A stretch of 24,000 nt of DNA. Origin: Gemmatimonadota bacterium. Its GTDB lineage: Bacteria > Gemmatimonadota > Gemmatimonadetes > Longimicrobiales > RSA9. The translations under genes and the position numbers were made by a program. The notes under the pieces are model-generated. The model saw only the letters and a program-made list of their open reading frames with translations. It was not told the origin of the DNA and did no database searches. The stretch is from contig JAHWKI010000007.1 of the NCBI GenBank assembly GCA_019347975.1, positions 2,095 to 26,094 of the forward strand, in the 5' to 3' direction. Shown in pieces: positions 7,457-15,878 of the stretch (its first letter is position 1; every line of letters starts with the position of its first letter).

Positions 7457-9776
7457 GGTCCTTCCCTTCCTGCTCGGCTTCGTCGCGCTCGTCGGGGTGG
7501 TCGCGGGCGCGGCCGTGCTCTACGTCCGCACCGCGCTGCCCCGCACCGAGGGCACCCTCGAGGTGGCCGGTCTCGGAGCCCCGGTCCAGGTGCTCCGCGA
7601 CGAGCTCGGCGTGCCTCACATCTGGGCCGCGTCCACCGAGGACGCCGTCTTCGCGCAGGGATTCCTCCACGCCCAGGACCGCCTCTGGCAGATGGAGCTC
7701 GTCCGCCGCGCCATCCAGGGACGTCTCGCCGAGGTGCTGGGCGAGCCCGCCCTCGAGACCGACCGCTTCATGCGACGGCTCGGCCTCTGGCGCGCCGTCC
7801 TCGCCACCCTCGACGCCGTCAGCCCCGCGGAACGCCGGATCATGGAGGCGTACGCGGCCGGTGTGAACGCCGCCCGGCACGCGGATTCCGGCGCCCTTCC
7901 CCCCGAGTTCCTCGTCCTTCGCCACGAGCCGGAGCCGTGGCGGCCCGCGGACGTGCTCGCGGTCGGCAGGATGATGTCGTTCACACTCTCGTCCTACTCC
8001 GAGGCGGTCGCCGTCGCCCGGGCGGTCGCCAGGCTCGGACCGGAGCGCGCCCGGCACCTGTTCCCCGCCTATCCCGACTGGGGCGAGACCATCCTCCCGG
8101 CCCCCGGGGAGCCGCCTCCCCTCGCCGTGGCCCTCGTTGACGCGTTCAGCGTCGCGGCCGCCTCCAACTCCTGGGTGGTGAGCGGCGCGCTCACCGCTTC
8201 CGGCAAGCCCATCCTGGCCAACGACCCGCACCTGGGGCTGAACGCTCCCTCCCTCTGGTATCTGGTCGCCCTGCACGCGCCGGGCGCCGACGGCCTGGAC
8301 GTCGCCGGGGTCAGCATCCCCGGCGCGCCGCTGGTCATCCTGGGCCGCAACCGCGCCGTGGCGTGGGGGATGACCAACGCCTACGTGGACGACGCCGACC
8401 TCTTCCTCGAGCGCCTCCACCCGGCGGACTCCACCCGGTACCTGGCGCCCGATGGCTACCGCCGCTTCGAGCTGGTCGCCGAGAGCGTCTTCGTGAAGGG
8501 CAGGGAAGAGCCGGTGATCCTGTCGGTGCGCCGCACGCGCCACGGTCCCGTCATACCCGTCGATGCCCCCGACTCCCTGGTCGTCAGCGTCCAGTGGACC
8601 GCCCTCGGCCCCGGCTCTCAGGTCGCCGGAATCCTCGCCCTGAACCGGGCCCGCGACTGGTCGTCCTTCCTCCGGGCCGTCGACGACCTGGACGACCCGC
8701 ACCAGAACGTGGTCTACGCCGATACCGCCGGCCACATCGGCTACATCATGGGCGGCTCGGTCCCCCTGCGCGGCGACCGGCGACCCGCCCCGGTGGCGCC
8801 GGTCCCCGGCTGGACCGGCGACTGGGACTGGCTGGGCACGCTCCCCTTCGACGAGCACCCCCGCGCGCTGGATCCCGATCGCGGCTTCATCGTGACCGCC
8901 AACAACCGGCAGGTCGCCGAGCCCGTCGCCGAGCTCATCAGCGGCACGTGGCAGGAGCCCTTCCGGGCCATGCGCATCACCGAGATGATCCGCAACGCCG
9001 ACCGGCCGTTCGACGACGCGTCCACCCGCGCCATGCAGTTGGACGTCCTCGACCTCTTCGCCCGCCGCTACCGCGATCGCGCCGTGGACGCCGCCGCCAT
9101 CCGCCAGGACACGGCCGCGGCGGCGCTGCTGCGGAGCTGGGACCTCCGCGCGTCGCCCGATTCAAGGGCCGCCACCCTCTTTTACACCTGGGTGGAGATC
9201 CTCCGCCGCGCCGCGGCACGCGACCTGTATGGAGGCGAAGCCGGATACTTCACCCGCGCCAGCGTCGCGGAGGTCCTCGAGGCGCGACGCCTCGCATGGC
9301 GGGAGGACGGGGTCGGCGCGTATCGCGACCTCGCCCGCGACGCCATGAAGGCCGCCGTGCCGCTGGCGGACGGCCGCAGCTGGCGGGAAGCGAATCGCGT
9401 CGTCCATGATCACGCGCTCGGCGACGTCGGCGCGCTCAACACGATCCTGGGACTCCACGTGGGGCCGCACCCTCACATGGGCTCGCCCACGACGGTGAAC
9501 GTGGCGCACTACGCGTTCCAGGTACCGGCCAGGGACTTCCCGTTCACGACCACGGCCGGTCCGAGCATGCGACACATCGCGGACATGGGGAACCTCGACG
9601 CCGCCGGCGGGTTCGTCATCGGGACCGGGCAGTCGGGGATCCCGTTCGCCCGGCATTACGACGACCAGCGCCCTCTATGGTCCGGGGGCGCGCTCGTCCC
9701 GGTGCCCCTGAGCCGGGAAGCCGTGCAGAGACGCACCACGAGAACGCTTATCCTGGAGCCGCAGCGGAGGGAATGA
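7449..9776 (+). CDS. Penicillin acylase family protein (peptidase S45 Ntn-hydrolase; possibly an acyl-homoserine-lactone or other N-acyl amidase)
   Basis: ATG 7449 gives an 8-bp overlap with the upstream gene. The N-terminus is a signal/anchor (MRRVLPFLLGFVALVGVVAGAAVL). GVPHIWA...GFLHAQDRLWQM is the alpha-subunit motif. AASNSWVVSG carries the beta-chain N-terminal nucleophile Ser at 8163-8165. ILANDPHL and FIVTANNR are further family motifs. Confidence 0.9.
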   Translation: MRRVLPFLLGFVALVGVVAGAAVLYVRTALPRTEGTLEVAGLGAPVQVLRDELGVPHIWAASTEDAVFAQGFLHAQDRLWQMELVRRAIQGRLAEVLGEPALETDRFMRRLGLWRAVLATLDAVSPAERRIMEAYAAGVNAARHADSGALPPEFLVLRHEPEPWRPADVLAVGRMMSFTLSSYSEAVAVARAVARLGPERARHLFPAYPDWGETILPAPGEPPPLAVALVDAFSVAAASNSWVVSGALTASGKPILANDPHLGLNAPSLWYLVALHAPGADGLDVAGVSIPGAPLVILGRNRAVAWGMTNAYVDDADLFLERLHPADSTRYLAPDGYRRFELVAESVFVKGREEPVILSVRRTRHGPVIPVDAPDSLVVSVQWTALGPGSQVAGILALNRARDWSSFLRAVDDLDDPHQNVVYADTAGHIGYIMGGSVPLRGDRRPAPVAPVPGWTGDWDWLGTLPFDEHPRALDPDRGFIVTANNRQVAEPVAELISGTWQEPFRAMRITEMIRNADRPFDDASTRAMQLDVLDLFARRYRDRAVDAAAIRQDTAAAALLRSWDLRASPDSRAATLFYTWVEILRRAAARDLYGGEAGYFTRASVAEVLEARRLAWREDGVGAYRDLARDAMKAAVPLADGRSWREANRVVHDHALGDVGALNTILGLHVGPHPHMGSPTTVNVAHYAFQVPARDFPFTTTAGPSMRHIADMGNLDAAGGFVIGTGQSGIPFARHYDDQRPLWSGGALVPVPLSREAVQRRTTRTLILEPQRRE

Positions 9777-10807
9777 AGGCAGATCGACCGCTGGACCTCG
9801 CGATCGTCGGAGCCGGACCCTGCGGCCTGAGCGCCGCCGTGGCCGCAAGCCTCACCGACCTGGGCGCCGTGGTGTTCGACAAGGGCTGCATCACCCGATC
9901 CATCGCCCTCTATCCCACCTACGGCACCTTCTTCAGCACCCCCGACCGCCTGGAGCTCGGCGGCGTCCCTTTCATCATCCAGGGCGAAAAACCGACCCGC
10001 CTCGACGCCCTCAAGTACTATCGGCGCATCGTCCAGGAGTTCGGCCTCGACGTGCGCCAGTACACCGAGGTGGTCGCCATCGAGGGTGAGATCGGGGCCT
10101 TCACCATCCACAGCCGCTCCATGGCGGGGCGGGAGGCGAGGGTCCTCGTCCGGAACGTCCTCGTCGCCACCGGCTACGCCGATTCGCCCAACTGGATCGG
10201 CGTCCCGGGCGAGGACCTGCCCAAGGTCAGCCACTATTACACCGAAGGCCACCCCTATTACGACCAGGACTGCCTCGTCATCGGCGCGGGCAACTCGGCC
10301 GTCGAGGCCGCCCTCGACCTTTATCGCGCGGGGGCGCGAGTCACCCTCGTCCACTTCCTGGACGAGCTCGATTCCGGCGTGAAGCCGTGGATCCTCCCCG
10401 ATATCCGCAACCGCATCGAGAAGGGCGAGATCGCCGTTCGGTGGAGACAGCGCGCCATCGAGATCCTGCCGGACCGCGTCCGCCTCCGCGGCGAGGAGGA
10501 CGGACGCGTCGAGGAGATCCCCAACGACTTCGTCTTCGCCATGACCGGCTACACCCCGGACCTGTCGCTGCTCCGGTCTCTCGGCGTCACCATCGACCCC
10601 GGGACCCGCATCCCCGCGTTCGATCCCGGCACCATGGAGACCGACGTGCCGGGCGTCTTCGTCGCAGGGGTCGTCGTCGGCGGGAAGCGGCCGGACAAGG
10701 TGTTCATCGAGTCGGGACGCCTGCACGGGCCGCTGGCCGTTCGCTGCATCGGCGACCGGCCGCCCATGGAGATCCCGTTGGAAGAGGGCGCGGGCACCAC
10801 GGTCTGA
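9773..10807 (+). CDS. ypdA: YpdA-family FAD/NAD(P)H pyridine-nucleotide disulfide oxidoreductase (putative bacillithiol-type disulfide reductase)
   Basis: ATG 9773 overlaps the acylase stop (ATGA). The 9677-9772 extension of the track ORF lies inside the acylase gene. Motifs: LAIVGAGPCGLSAA (FAD GxGxxG), ATGYADSPNWIGVPGEDLPKVSHYYTEGHPYY, VIGAGNSAVEAALDLYRAGARVTLVH, PDIRNRIEKGEI, NDFVFAMTGYTPD, METDVPGVFVAGVV, FIESGRLHG. These closely track the YpdA family pattern as I remember it. Confidence 0.8.
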   Translation: MKADRPLDLAIVGAGPCGLSAAVAASLTDLGAVVFDKGCITRSIALYPTYGTFFSTPDRLELGGVPFIIQGEKPTRLDALKYYRRIVQEFGLDVRQYTEVVAIEGEIGAFTIHSRSMAGREARVLVRNVLVATGYADSPNWIGVPGEDLPKVSHYYTEGHPYYDQDCLVIGAGNSAVEAALDLYRAGARVTLVHFLDELDSGVKPWILPDIRNRIEKGEIAVRWRQRAIEILPDRVRLRGEEDGRVEEIPNDFVFAMTGYTPDLSLLRSLGVTIDPGTRIPAFDPGTMETDVPGVFVAGVVVGGKRPDKVFIESGRLHGPLAVRCIGDRPPMEIPLEEGAGTTV

Positions 10808-10890
10808 AAGGCCCCGGGGTTTGCCCGTTGGCGCCCCGATCGGGTAGTTTGCAAGGACACGGAAACAGTGCCCCGCGGGGCGATTCGATA

Positions 10891-10896
10891 GGGAGG
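10891..10896 (+). promoter_or_regulatory. Shine-Dalgarno sequence for pruA
   Basis: gggagg followed by a 5-nt spacer (aaaac) and ATG at 10902. Confidence 0.55.
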
Positions 10897-10901
10897 AAAA
10901 C

Positions 10902-12512
10902 ATGGCGACAATGGTCGAGCCGTATACTGATTTCGAGAACGCGAAGCTCACCGATTTCAGCGACCCCGCGAACCGAAAGGCGATGGAGGAGGCGCTGGAG
11001 AAGGTGCGGGGCGAGCTGGGGCGCACCTACCCTCTGGTCATCGATGGCGAGAAGGTCACCGGGGGGGAGACCGGCGATTCCGTGAATCCTGCCGCTCCCG
11101 ACCAGGTCGTCGGCCGCTTCGTTCAGGCCACCGAGGCCCACGCCGATCGCGCCATGGCCGGGGCCGCGAAGAGGTTCGAGACCTGGCAGCACACGAGCGC
11201 CGAGGAGCGCGCCGACTACGTCTTCCGCGCCGCCGACCTCATGGAGGAGCGGCGGCTCGAGCTGGCCGCCTGGATGGTCTACGAGGTCAGCAAGAGCTGG
11301 GTCGAGGCCGACGCGGACGTCGCCGAGCTCATCGACTTCGCACGCTACTACGCATTCCAGGCCCTCAGGATCGGCGGCTCACAGCCGGTCGTGCAGTTCC
11401 CCGGCGAGCACGACGAGATGCGCTACATCCCCCTCGGCGTCACCGTCGTGATCCCGCCGTGGAACTTCCCGTCCGCCATCATGGGAGGGATGACGCTCGC
11501 CGCCGTCGTCACGGGGAACACCGTGGTGCTCAAGCCCGCGTCCACCTCCGTCGTGATCGCCGCCAAGTTCGTCGAGATCATGGAGGAGGTCGGCCTCCCC
11601 GCCGGCGTGATCAACTTCGTCCCCGGTCCGGGCGGCACGATCGGCGACCTGCTGGTCGATGATCCCCGCACCCGCATGATCGCCTTCACCGGCTCCAAGG
11701 AGGTCGGCCTCCGCATCTTCGAGCGCGCCTCGAAGGTGCACCCGGGTCAGAAGTGGCTGAAGCGGACCATCCTCGAGATGGGCGGCAAGGACTCGATCGT
11801 CGTCGATGAGACCGCGGACCTCGATTCCGCGGCGGAAGGGATCACCGCGGCCGCGTTCGGCTTCCAGGGCCAGAAGTGCTCGGCCTGCTCGCGCGCCATC
11901 ATCGTGGACGAGGTCTACGATGAGGTCATCGCGAAGGTGGTCGAGCGCACCAGGAAGCTGAGCATCGGGGACCCGGCGGACCAGGACACGTTCATGGGCG
12001 CCGTGATCGACGCCAAGGCCCATAAGAAGATCAGCGAGTACATCGACATCGGGAAAGGCGAGGGTCGTCTCGTTTACCAGGGGGAGGCGCCCGCAAACGG
12101 CTATTTCGTGCCCCCCACGATCATCGCCGACGTGGACCCCGACGCACGGATCTCACAGGAGGAGATCTTCGGGCCCGTGCTCGCGTTCATCCGGGCTCGC
12201 GACTACGACCATGCCCTGGAGATCGCCAACAACACCGAATACGGCCTCACTGGCGCGGTGTACTCCCGTGACCGCGACCGCCTCGAGCGGGCCCGGCACG
12301 AGTTCCACGTCGGGAACCTGTACCTCAACCGGAAGTGCACGGGCGCCCTGGTCGGCGTCCACCCGTTCGGCGGCTTCAACATGAGCGGGACCGACTCGAA
12401 GGCCGGCGGCCCGGACTACCTGCTGCTGTTCACACAGGCCAAGTCCATCGCCGAGCGCACCCGCGACGACGTCCCCGTGCGCCCCGATCCCGCCGGGAAG
12501 GGCGGATTCTAG
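10902..12512 (+). CDS. pruA: L-glutamate gamma-semialdehyde (1-pyrroline-5-carboxylate) dehydrogenase
   Basis: The N-terminus EPYTDFENAKLTDFSDPANRKAMEEALEKV...YPLVIDGEKV is typical of PruA/RocA. EMGGKDSIVVDE carries the ALDH catalytic Glu and FGFQGQKCSACSRAI the catalytic Cys. The C-terminal FGGFNMSGTDSKAGGPDYL is the family tail. Confidence 0.9.
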   Translation: MATMVEPYTDFENAKLTDFSDPANRKAMEEALEKVRGELGRTYPLVIDGEKVTGGETGDSVNPAAPDQVVGRFVQATEAHADRAMAGAAKRFETWQHTSAEERADYVFRAADLMEERRLELAAWMVYEVSKSWVEADADVAELIDFARYYAFQALRIGGSQPVVQFPGEHDEMRYIPLGVTVVIPPWNFPSAIMGGMTLAAVVTGNTVVLKPASTSVVIAAKFVEIMEEVGLPAGVINFVPGPGGTIGDLLVDDPRTRMIAFTGSKEVGLRIFERASKVHPGQKWLKRTILEMGGKDSIVVDETADLDSAAEGITAAAFGFQGQKCSACSRAIIVDEVYDEVIAKVVERTRKLSIGDPADQDTFMGAVIDAKAHKKISEYIDIGKGEGRLVYQGEAPANGYFVPPTIIADVDPDARISQEEIFGPVLAFIRARDYDHALEIANNTEYGLTGAVYSRDRDRLERARHEFHVGNLYLNRKCTGALVGVHPFGGFNMSGTDSKAGGPDYLLLFTQAKSIAERTRDDVPVRPDPAGKGGF

Positions 12513-12595
12513 AGAACCCGCCGGTTGTCTCGGGGTACGACGCCAGGGTAACTTCGACGAGGTCGTCGCCCCGGGAACCAGGAGAAGCGGGCGGA

Positions 12596-12826
12596 ATGAG
12601 CACGCAGGCACAGATCCTCGAAGTCCTCGACGGCATCCGCCCGGCCCTGCGGACCGATGGCGGAGATGTCGAGTTCATCGACTTCAACGAGACGGACGGC
12701 GTCCTCCAGCTCAGGTTCCTGGGTGCCTGTGGCGAGTGCCCGATCTCCGAGGTCACCCTGCGTCAGGGCATCGAGCGCAGGATCCTCACCGCCGTCCCAG
12801 GAGTCCGGGAAGTACGGGCCTTCTGA
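12596..12826 (+). CDS. NifU C-terminal-domain-like Fe-S cluster assembly/scaffold protein
   Basis: ATG 12596 is internal to track ORF 12335..12826, whose 5' part overlaps the pruA 3' end. ILEVLDGIRPALRTDGGDVEFIDFNE..GVLQLRFLGACGECPIS..TL matches the Nfu/NifU C-terminal domain with its CxxC motif. Confidence 0.8.
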   Translation: MSTQAQILEVLDGIRPALRTDGGDVEFIDFNETDGVLQLRFLGACGECPISEVTLRQGIERRILTAVPGVREVRAF

Positions 12827-12848
12827 CGGCCGGAGGGCGGAAAGCGCG

Positions 12849-12887
12849 GCGGCCGGCGGCTCTACGGGGCCCCGGCCGCTTCTTGTT
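12849..12887 (+). terminator. Candidate intrinsic terminator after the NifU-like gene
   Basis: gcggccgg (12849-12856) pairs with ccggccgc (12872-12879). After a 1-nt bulge, three more pairs form (12858-12860 with 12869-12871) around an 8-nt loop. An imperfect T-tract ttcttgtt follows (12880-12887). The stem starts 23 nt after the stop codon. Confidence 0.4.
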
Positions 12888-12916
12888 CATGAAGAGACGG
12901 AAGGAACGATAGATCG

Positions 12917-14029
12917 ATGGCGGGCAACGACGAGCTTCTGGAGCGTGTCCGGACAGGGCTGAAGGCGGTCACCAACGAGCGGACGGGGCGCAGCGTGCTG
13001 GAGGAGCAGGTCCAGGAGCTGCGCGTCCAGGACGGCGTCGTCGCGTTCGGCTTCGCCCTCGGCCCGGACGACCCCGGCACGCTCGTCCGGGAGGCGCGAG
13101 CTGCCGTGGAAGGGCTCGAGGGCGTCCAGCGCGTCAAGATCGACGTTCGGCTCCCCCAGACCATGCAGGCGCAGCCGCAGGGACAGCAGCCGCCGCGCCG
13201 CCGGCCCGCGCCCCATTCCGTGCCGGCCCCCACGCCGGACTCCTCCATCCTCCCCAACGTCGCGCACTTCATCGCGGTGAGCTCGGGGAAGGGCGGCGTC
13301 GGCAAGTCCACGGTGGCCGCGAACCTGGCCGTAGCCCTGGCCGTCCACGGGCGGCGCGTGGGGCTGCTCGACGCGGACATCTATGGGCCCAACATCCCCC
13401 TGATGTTCGGCGAGAAGCGGCGGCCGCAGGTCACGGGCGCCAAGGGTCAGGAGCGGATCGTCCCCCTCGACGCCCACGGCGTGAAGCTCATGAGCCTCGG
13501 CTTCCTGCTCGAGGATGAGCAGCCCGCCATCATGCGCGGCCCCCTGGTCTCCGGCGTCCTGCGCCAGTTCCTCGAGCAGGTGGAATGGGGCGAGCTCGAC
13601 ATCATGGTCATCGACCTGCCGCCGGGCACCGGCGACGCCCAGCTCTCCCTGGTCCAGACCATCGACCTGGACGGCGCCGTCATGGTCACCACCCCGCAGG
13701 ACGTCTCCACGGCCGATGTCCGGCGCGCGATCCGGATGTTCGAGCGCGTGAACACGGATGTTCTGGGGATCATCGAGAACATGAGCGGCTTCGTCTGTAC
13801 CGGGTGCGGCGAGCGTCACGACATCTTCGGCGTCGGCGGTGGCAGGGCGCTCTCCGACACCATGGAGATCCCCTTCCTCGGAGAGATCCCGCTGGATAGC
13901 GCCGTCCGTGCCGCCGGCGACATGGGCCGCCCGACCGCGCTCTCGGATCCGGAGTCCCCGGCCGGACGGGCCTTCACCGGGATCGCGGGGCGGGTGCTCG
14001 CCGCCATCGAGGCCCCCGTCCGCGTCTGA
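12917..14029 (+). CDS. mrp: Mrp/NBP35 (ApbC) family Fe-S cluster carrier ATPase
   Basis: The N-terminus is a DUF59/MIP18-like domain. IAVSSGKGGVGKSTVAANLA is a deviant Walker A. DLPPGTGDAQLS is a family motif. GFVCTGCGERHDIFG is the CxxC cluster-binding motif. Confidence 0.9.
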   Translation: MAGNDELLERVRTGLKAVTNERTGRSVLEEQVQELRVQDGVVAFGFALGPDDPGTLVREARAAVEGLEGVQRVKIDVRLPQTMQAQPQGQQPPRRRPAPHSVPAPTPDSSILPNVAHFIAVSSGKGGVGKSTVAANLAVALAVHGRRVGLLDADIYGPNIPLMFGEKRRPQVTGAKGQERIVPLDAHGVKLMSLGFLLEDEQPAIMRGPLVSGVLRQFLEQVEWGELDIMVIDLPPGTGDAQLSLVQTIDLDGAVMVTTPQDVSTADVRRAIRMFERVNTDVLGIIENMSGFVCTGCGERHDIFGVGGGRALSDTMEIPFLGEIPLDSAVRAAGDMGRPTALSDPESPAGRAFTGIAGRVLAAIEAPVRV

Positions 14030-14039
14030 GCGCCGCTCC

Positions 14040-14798
14040 GTGAGGCGCGTCGTTCTCCTCACCGATTTCGGCACGGCCGATGGCTACGCCGCGGCCATGG
14101 CTGGCGTGGTGGCCGCCGCCGCGCCGGACGCCCTGGTGGAGCACGCGAGCCACGATCTCGCCCCCGGTGACGTCTTCGGCGCCGCCCTCGCGCTCTCCCG
14201 CTATGCGCTCCGGTACCCGCCCGGCACCGTGCACCTCGTGGTCGTAGACCCGGGCGTGGGGACGGAGCGGCGCGCCCTCGCGGCCGAGCTGGACGGCCGC
14301 TTCCTCGTGGCGCCGGACAACGGCCTGCTCACGCTGGTGGTCGGCGCCGACGGCCCGGGCCGCTTCGTTCGTCTGGCGGACCGGCCCGCGGCGTCTCCCA
14401 CCTTCCATGGCCGCGATGTCTTCGCACCCGCCGCCGGGCGTCTGGCCGCCGGCGGAGCGCTGGACGAGCTCGGCGAGCCGATCGACGACCCGGTCCTCCT
14501 CCCGATCCCGGACCCGTCCAGGCACGACGAGGGGATCTACGGCGTGGTCCTCCACGTCGATCGCTTCGGGAACCTCATCACCAACATCCCGGAGAGCTGG
14601 CTGGCGGGCGCCGGTGACGTCTGGATGGGCTTCGCACGGGTAGGGCCCCTGCGGCGGACCTACGGGGATGTTCTCGAGGGGGAGCCCCTCGCCCTCGTGG
14701 GCTCCCTCGGGCTGCTCGAGGTCTCCGTCCGAAACGGCAGCGCCGCGGGCCGGCTGTCCGCCGGTCGCGGCGCTCCCGTCTACATCGAGCCGGGGTGA
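14040..14798 (+). CDS. SAM hydrolase / SAM hydroxide adenosyltransferase family protein (DUF62)
   Basis: GTG 14040 (RRVVLLTDFGTADGYAAAMAGVV...). The upstream part of track ORF 13839..14798 overlaps the mrp 3' end. LTDFGT.DGY, VVDPGVGTERRAL, APDNGLL and HVDRFGNLITNI are family motifs. Confidence 0.8.
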   Translation: MRRVVLLTDFGTADGYAAAMAGVVAAAAPDALVEHASHDLAPGDVFGAALALSRYALRYPPGTVHLVVVDPGVGTERRALAAELDGRFLVAPDNGLLTLVVGADGPGRFVRLADRPAASPTFHGRDVFAPAAGRLAAGGALDELGEPIDDPVLLPIPDPSRHDEGIYGVVLHVDRFGNLITNIPESWLAGAGDVWMGFARVGPLRRTYGDVLEGEPLALVGSLGLLEVSVRNGSAAGRLSAGRGAPVYIEPG

Positions 14799-14811
14799 GC
14801 CCTCGAGCCCC

Positions 14812-15039
14812 CTAGCTTTCGAGCCAGCGGCGGTCCGCCGCCGAGAGCCGGCTCCGGCGCGGCGCCAGGAAGCGCATGATCACGTACCCCAGGAGCAGCA
14901 CCGGGGCGACCTTGAAGAGGAGAAAGCCCACCAGGCCGAAGAACAGCCCGAAGATGGCGCCGATGATGGACAGGACGATGGAGATCACCACCAGGGCGAT
15001 CAGGCCGACCACGAACAGAGTGAGCAGCGACGCGATCAT
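14812..15039 (-). CDS. Small integral membrane protein (about 2-3 TM), last gene of the ECF cluster
   Basis: 75 aa, almost entirely hydrophobic (MIASLLTLFVVGLIALVVISIVLSIIGAIFGLFFGLVGFLLFKVAPVLLLGYVIM) with a basic tail. Its ATG (15037-15039) shares one base with the upstream gene's TGA (15039-15041), giving TGATG on the minus strand. Confidence 0.6.
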   Translation of the reverse strand: MIASLLTLFVVGLIALVVISIVLSIIGAIFGLFFGLVGFLLFKVAPVLLLGYVIMRFLAPRRSRLSAADRRWLES

Positions 15040-15878
15040 CAGTTCCTCCAGCGTACGTTGATGGAGCCGAACGCACCCGACATGTCGATCGACAGGCGGT
15101 GCCGTGCAGACTCCCAGTTCTCCGAATAAAGTACCCCGTCCCGCTTCACGAATCTCCGCCCATCGAATCCGGTGAGGAAGGTTTCCCGGTCCACCCGCAC
15201 TCCCACGTCGGACGGCACGATGAGCGTGAGGGAGCCCAGCGCCATCGTGATGTCCGCTTCCATGCTGCGCCGCCAGTCACCCGAGAAATCGAGCGTGATC
15301 TCCCCCACGCCCCCGTCGACGTCGATGGCCGCGCAGTTGGCGTTGCCCAGCCCCTCCACCTCCAGGGTGGCCGCTCCCATGCTGATGCCCAGCCGCTCGC
15401 ACTCCGTTGGATTCGGTGTCGAGAAGCGGACATCCGTGTCGCTGGCGCCCGTCTCGATCTCCAGCCGCGCGACCCGCAGGCCGCCCAGCTCGAGATCGGC
15501 CTCCACCGCGCCGAACTCCAGGTCCAGGTCCATGGACACGTCGGGAGACAGCCGCAGATCGAGCTCTCCGGCGTCCGAGTTCCGCAGCTTGATGGACCGG
15601 CCGGTCCCCTCCACACCTACCTCCAGCCGCCCGCTCCGGTACCGCGTGATCGGCTCGAACAGGTCCGAGTCGTAGCGCAGCCCCATCCTGTACAGCTCGC
15701 CCCCTCCGAGCGACGGTGCGATCATCAGCTTTCCGGCGCCGTAGCGGACGTGGACGTCCATCCGGCTCTCCTCCGCCCGCTGCCGGTACGAGGTGACCGT
15801 CCGCCAGTCCTGCGCCTCCGCCGCCCCGGCGGCCATCAACGCCAGCGCCGCCGCGGAGATCAGAGCGCGCTCAAACAT
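15039..15878 (-). CDS. Secreted beta-rich protein, LiaF-C-terminal / toastrack (DUF4097/DUF2154)-like
   Basis: Signal peptide MFERALISAAALALMAAGAAEA|QD. Repetitive short beta-strand units follow (DLDLEFGAVEADLELGG, LEIETGASDTDVRF, ATLEVEGLGNANCAAIDVDGGVGEITLDFSG, ADITMALGSLTLIVPSDVGVRVD), typical of toastrack-type domains. Family assignment is from memory. Confidence 0.7.
   Translation of the reverse strand: MFERALISAAALALMAAGAAEAQDWRTVTSYRQRAEESRMDVHVRYGAGKLMIAPSLGGGELYRMGLRYDSDLFEPITRYRSGRLEVGVEGTGRSIKLRNSDAGELDLRLSPDVSMDLDLEFGAVEADLELGGLRVARLEIETGASDTDVRFSTPNPTECERLGISMGAATLEVEGLGNANCAAIDVDGGVGEITLDFSGDWRRSMEADITMALGSLTLIVPSDVGVRVDRETFLTGFDGRRFVKRDGVLYSENWESARHRLSIDMSGAFGSINVRWRN

Noticed and set aside
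7362-9656. ORFs 7362..8858 (-, 498 aa), 8363..9409 (+, 348 aa) and 9162..9656 (-)
   Set aside because: They overlap the penicillin-acylase frame, which carries all family motifs including the SNSW nucleophile. The alternative frames are low-complexity.
9656-11192. ORFs 9656..11026 (-, 456 aa), 10387..11085 (+) and 10704..11192 (-)
   Set aside because: They lie antisense or off-frame to the YpdA-like and pruA genes and span the intergenic region implausibly. No motifs are present.
12540-12582. Imperfect long-range hairpin (cggggtacgacg ... cgtcgccccg) between pruA and the NifU-like gene
   Set aside because: It has a 2-nt bulge, a 21-nt loop and no following T-tract. It cannot be distinguished from chance GC-rich complementarity, so it is not called as a terminator.
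12887-14074. ORF 12887..14074 (-, 395 aa), antisense to mrp
   Set aside because: The mrp frame has the Walker A and CxxC motifs. The antisense translation is Asp/Gly/Arg-rich and featureless.
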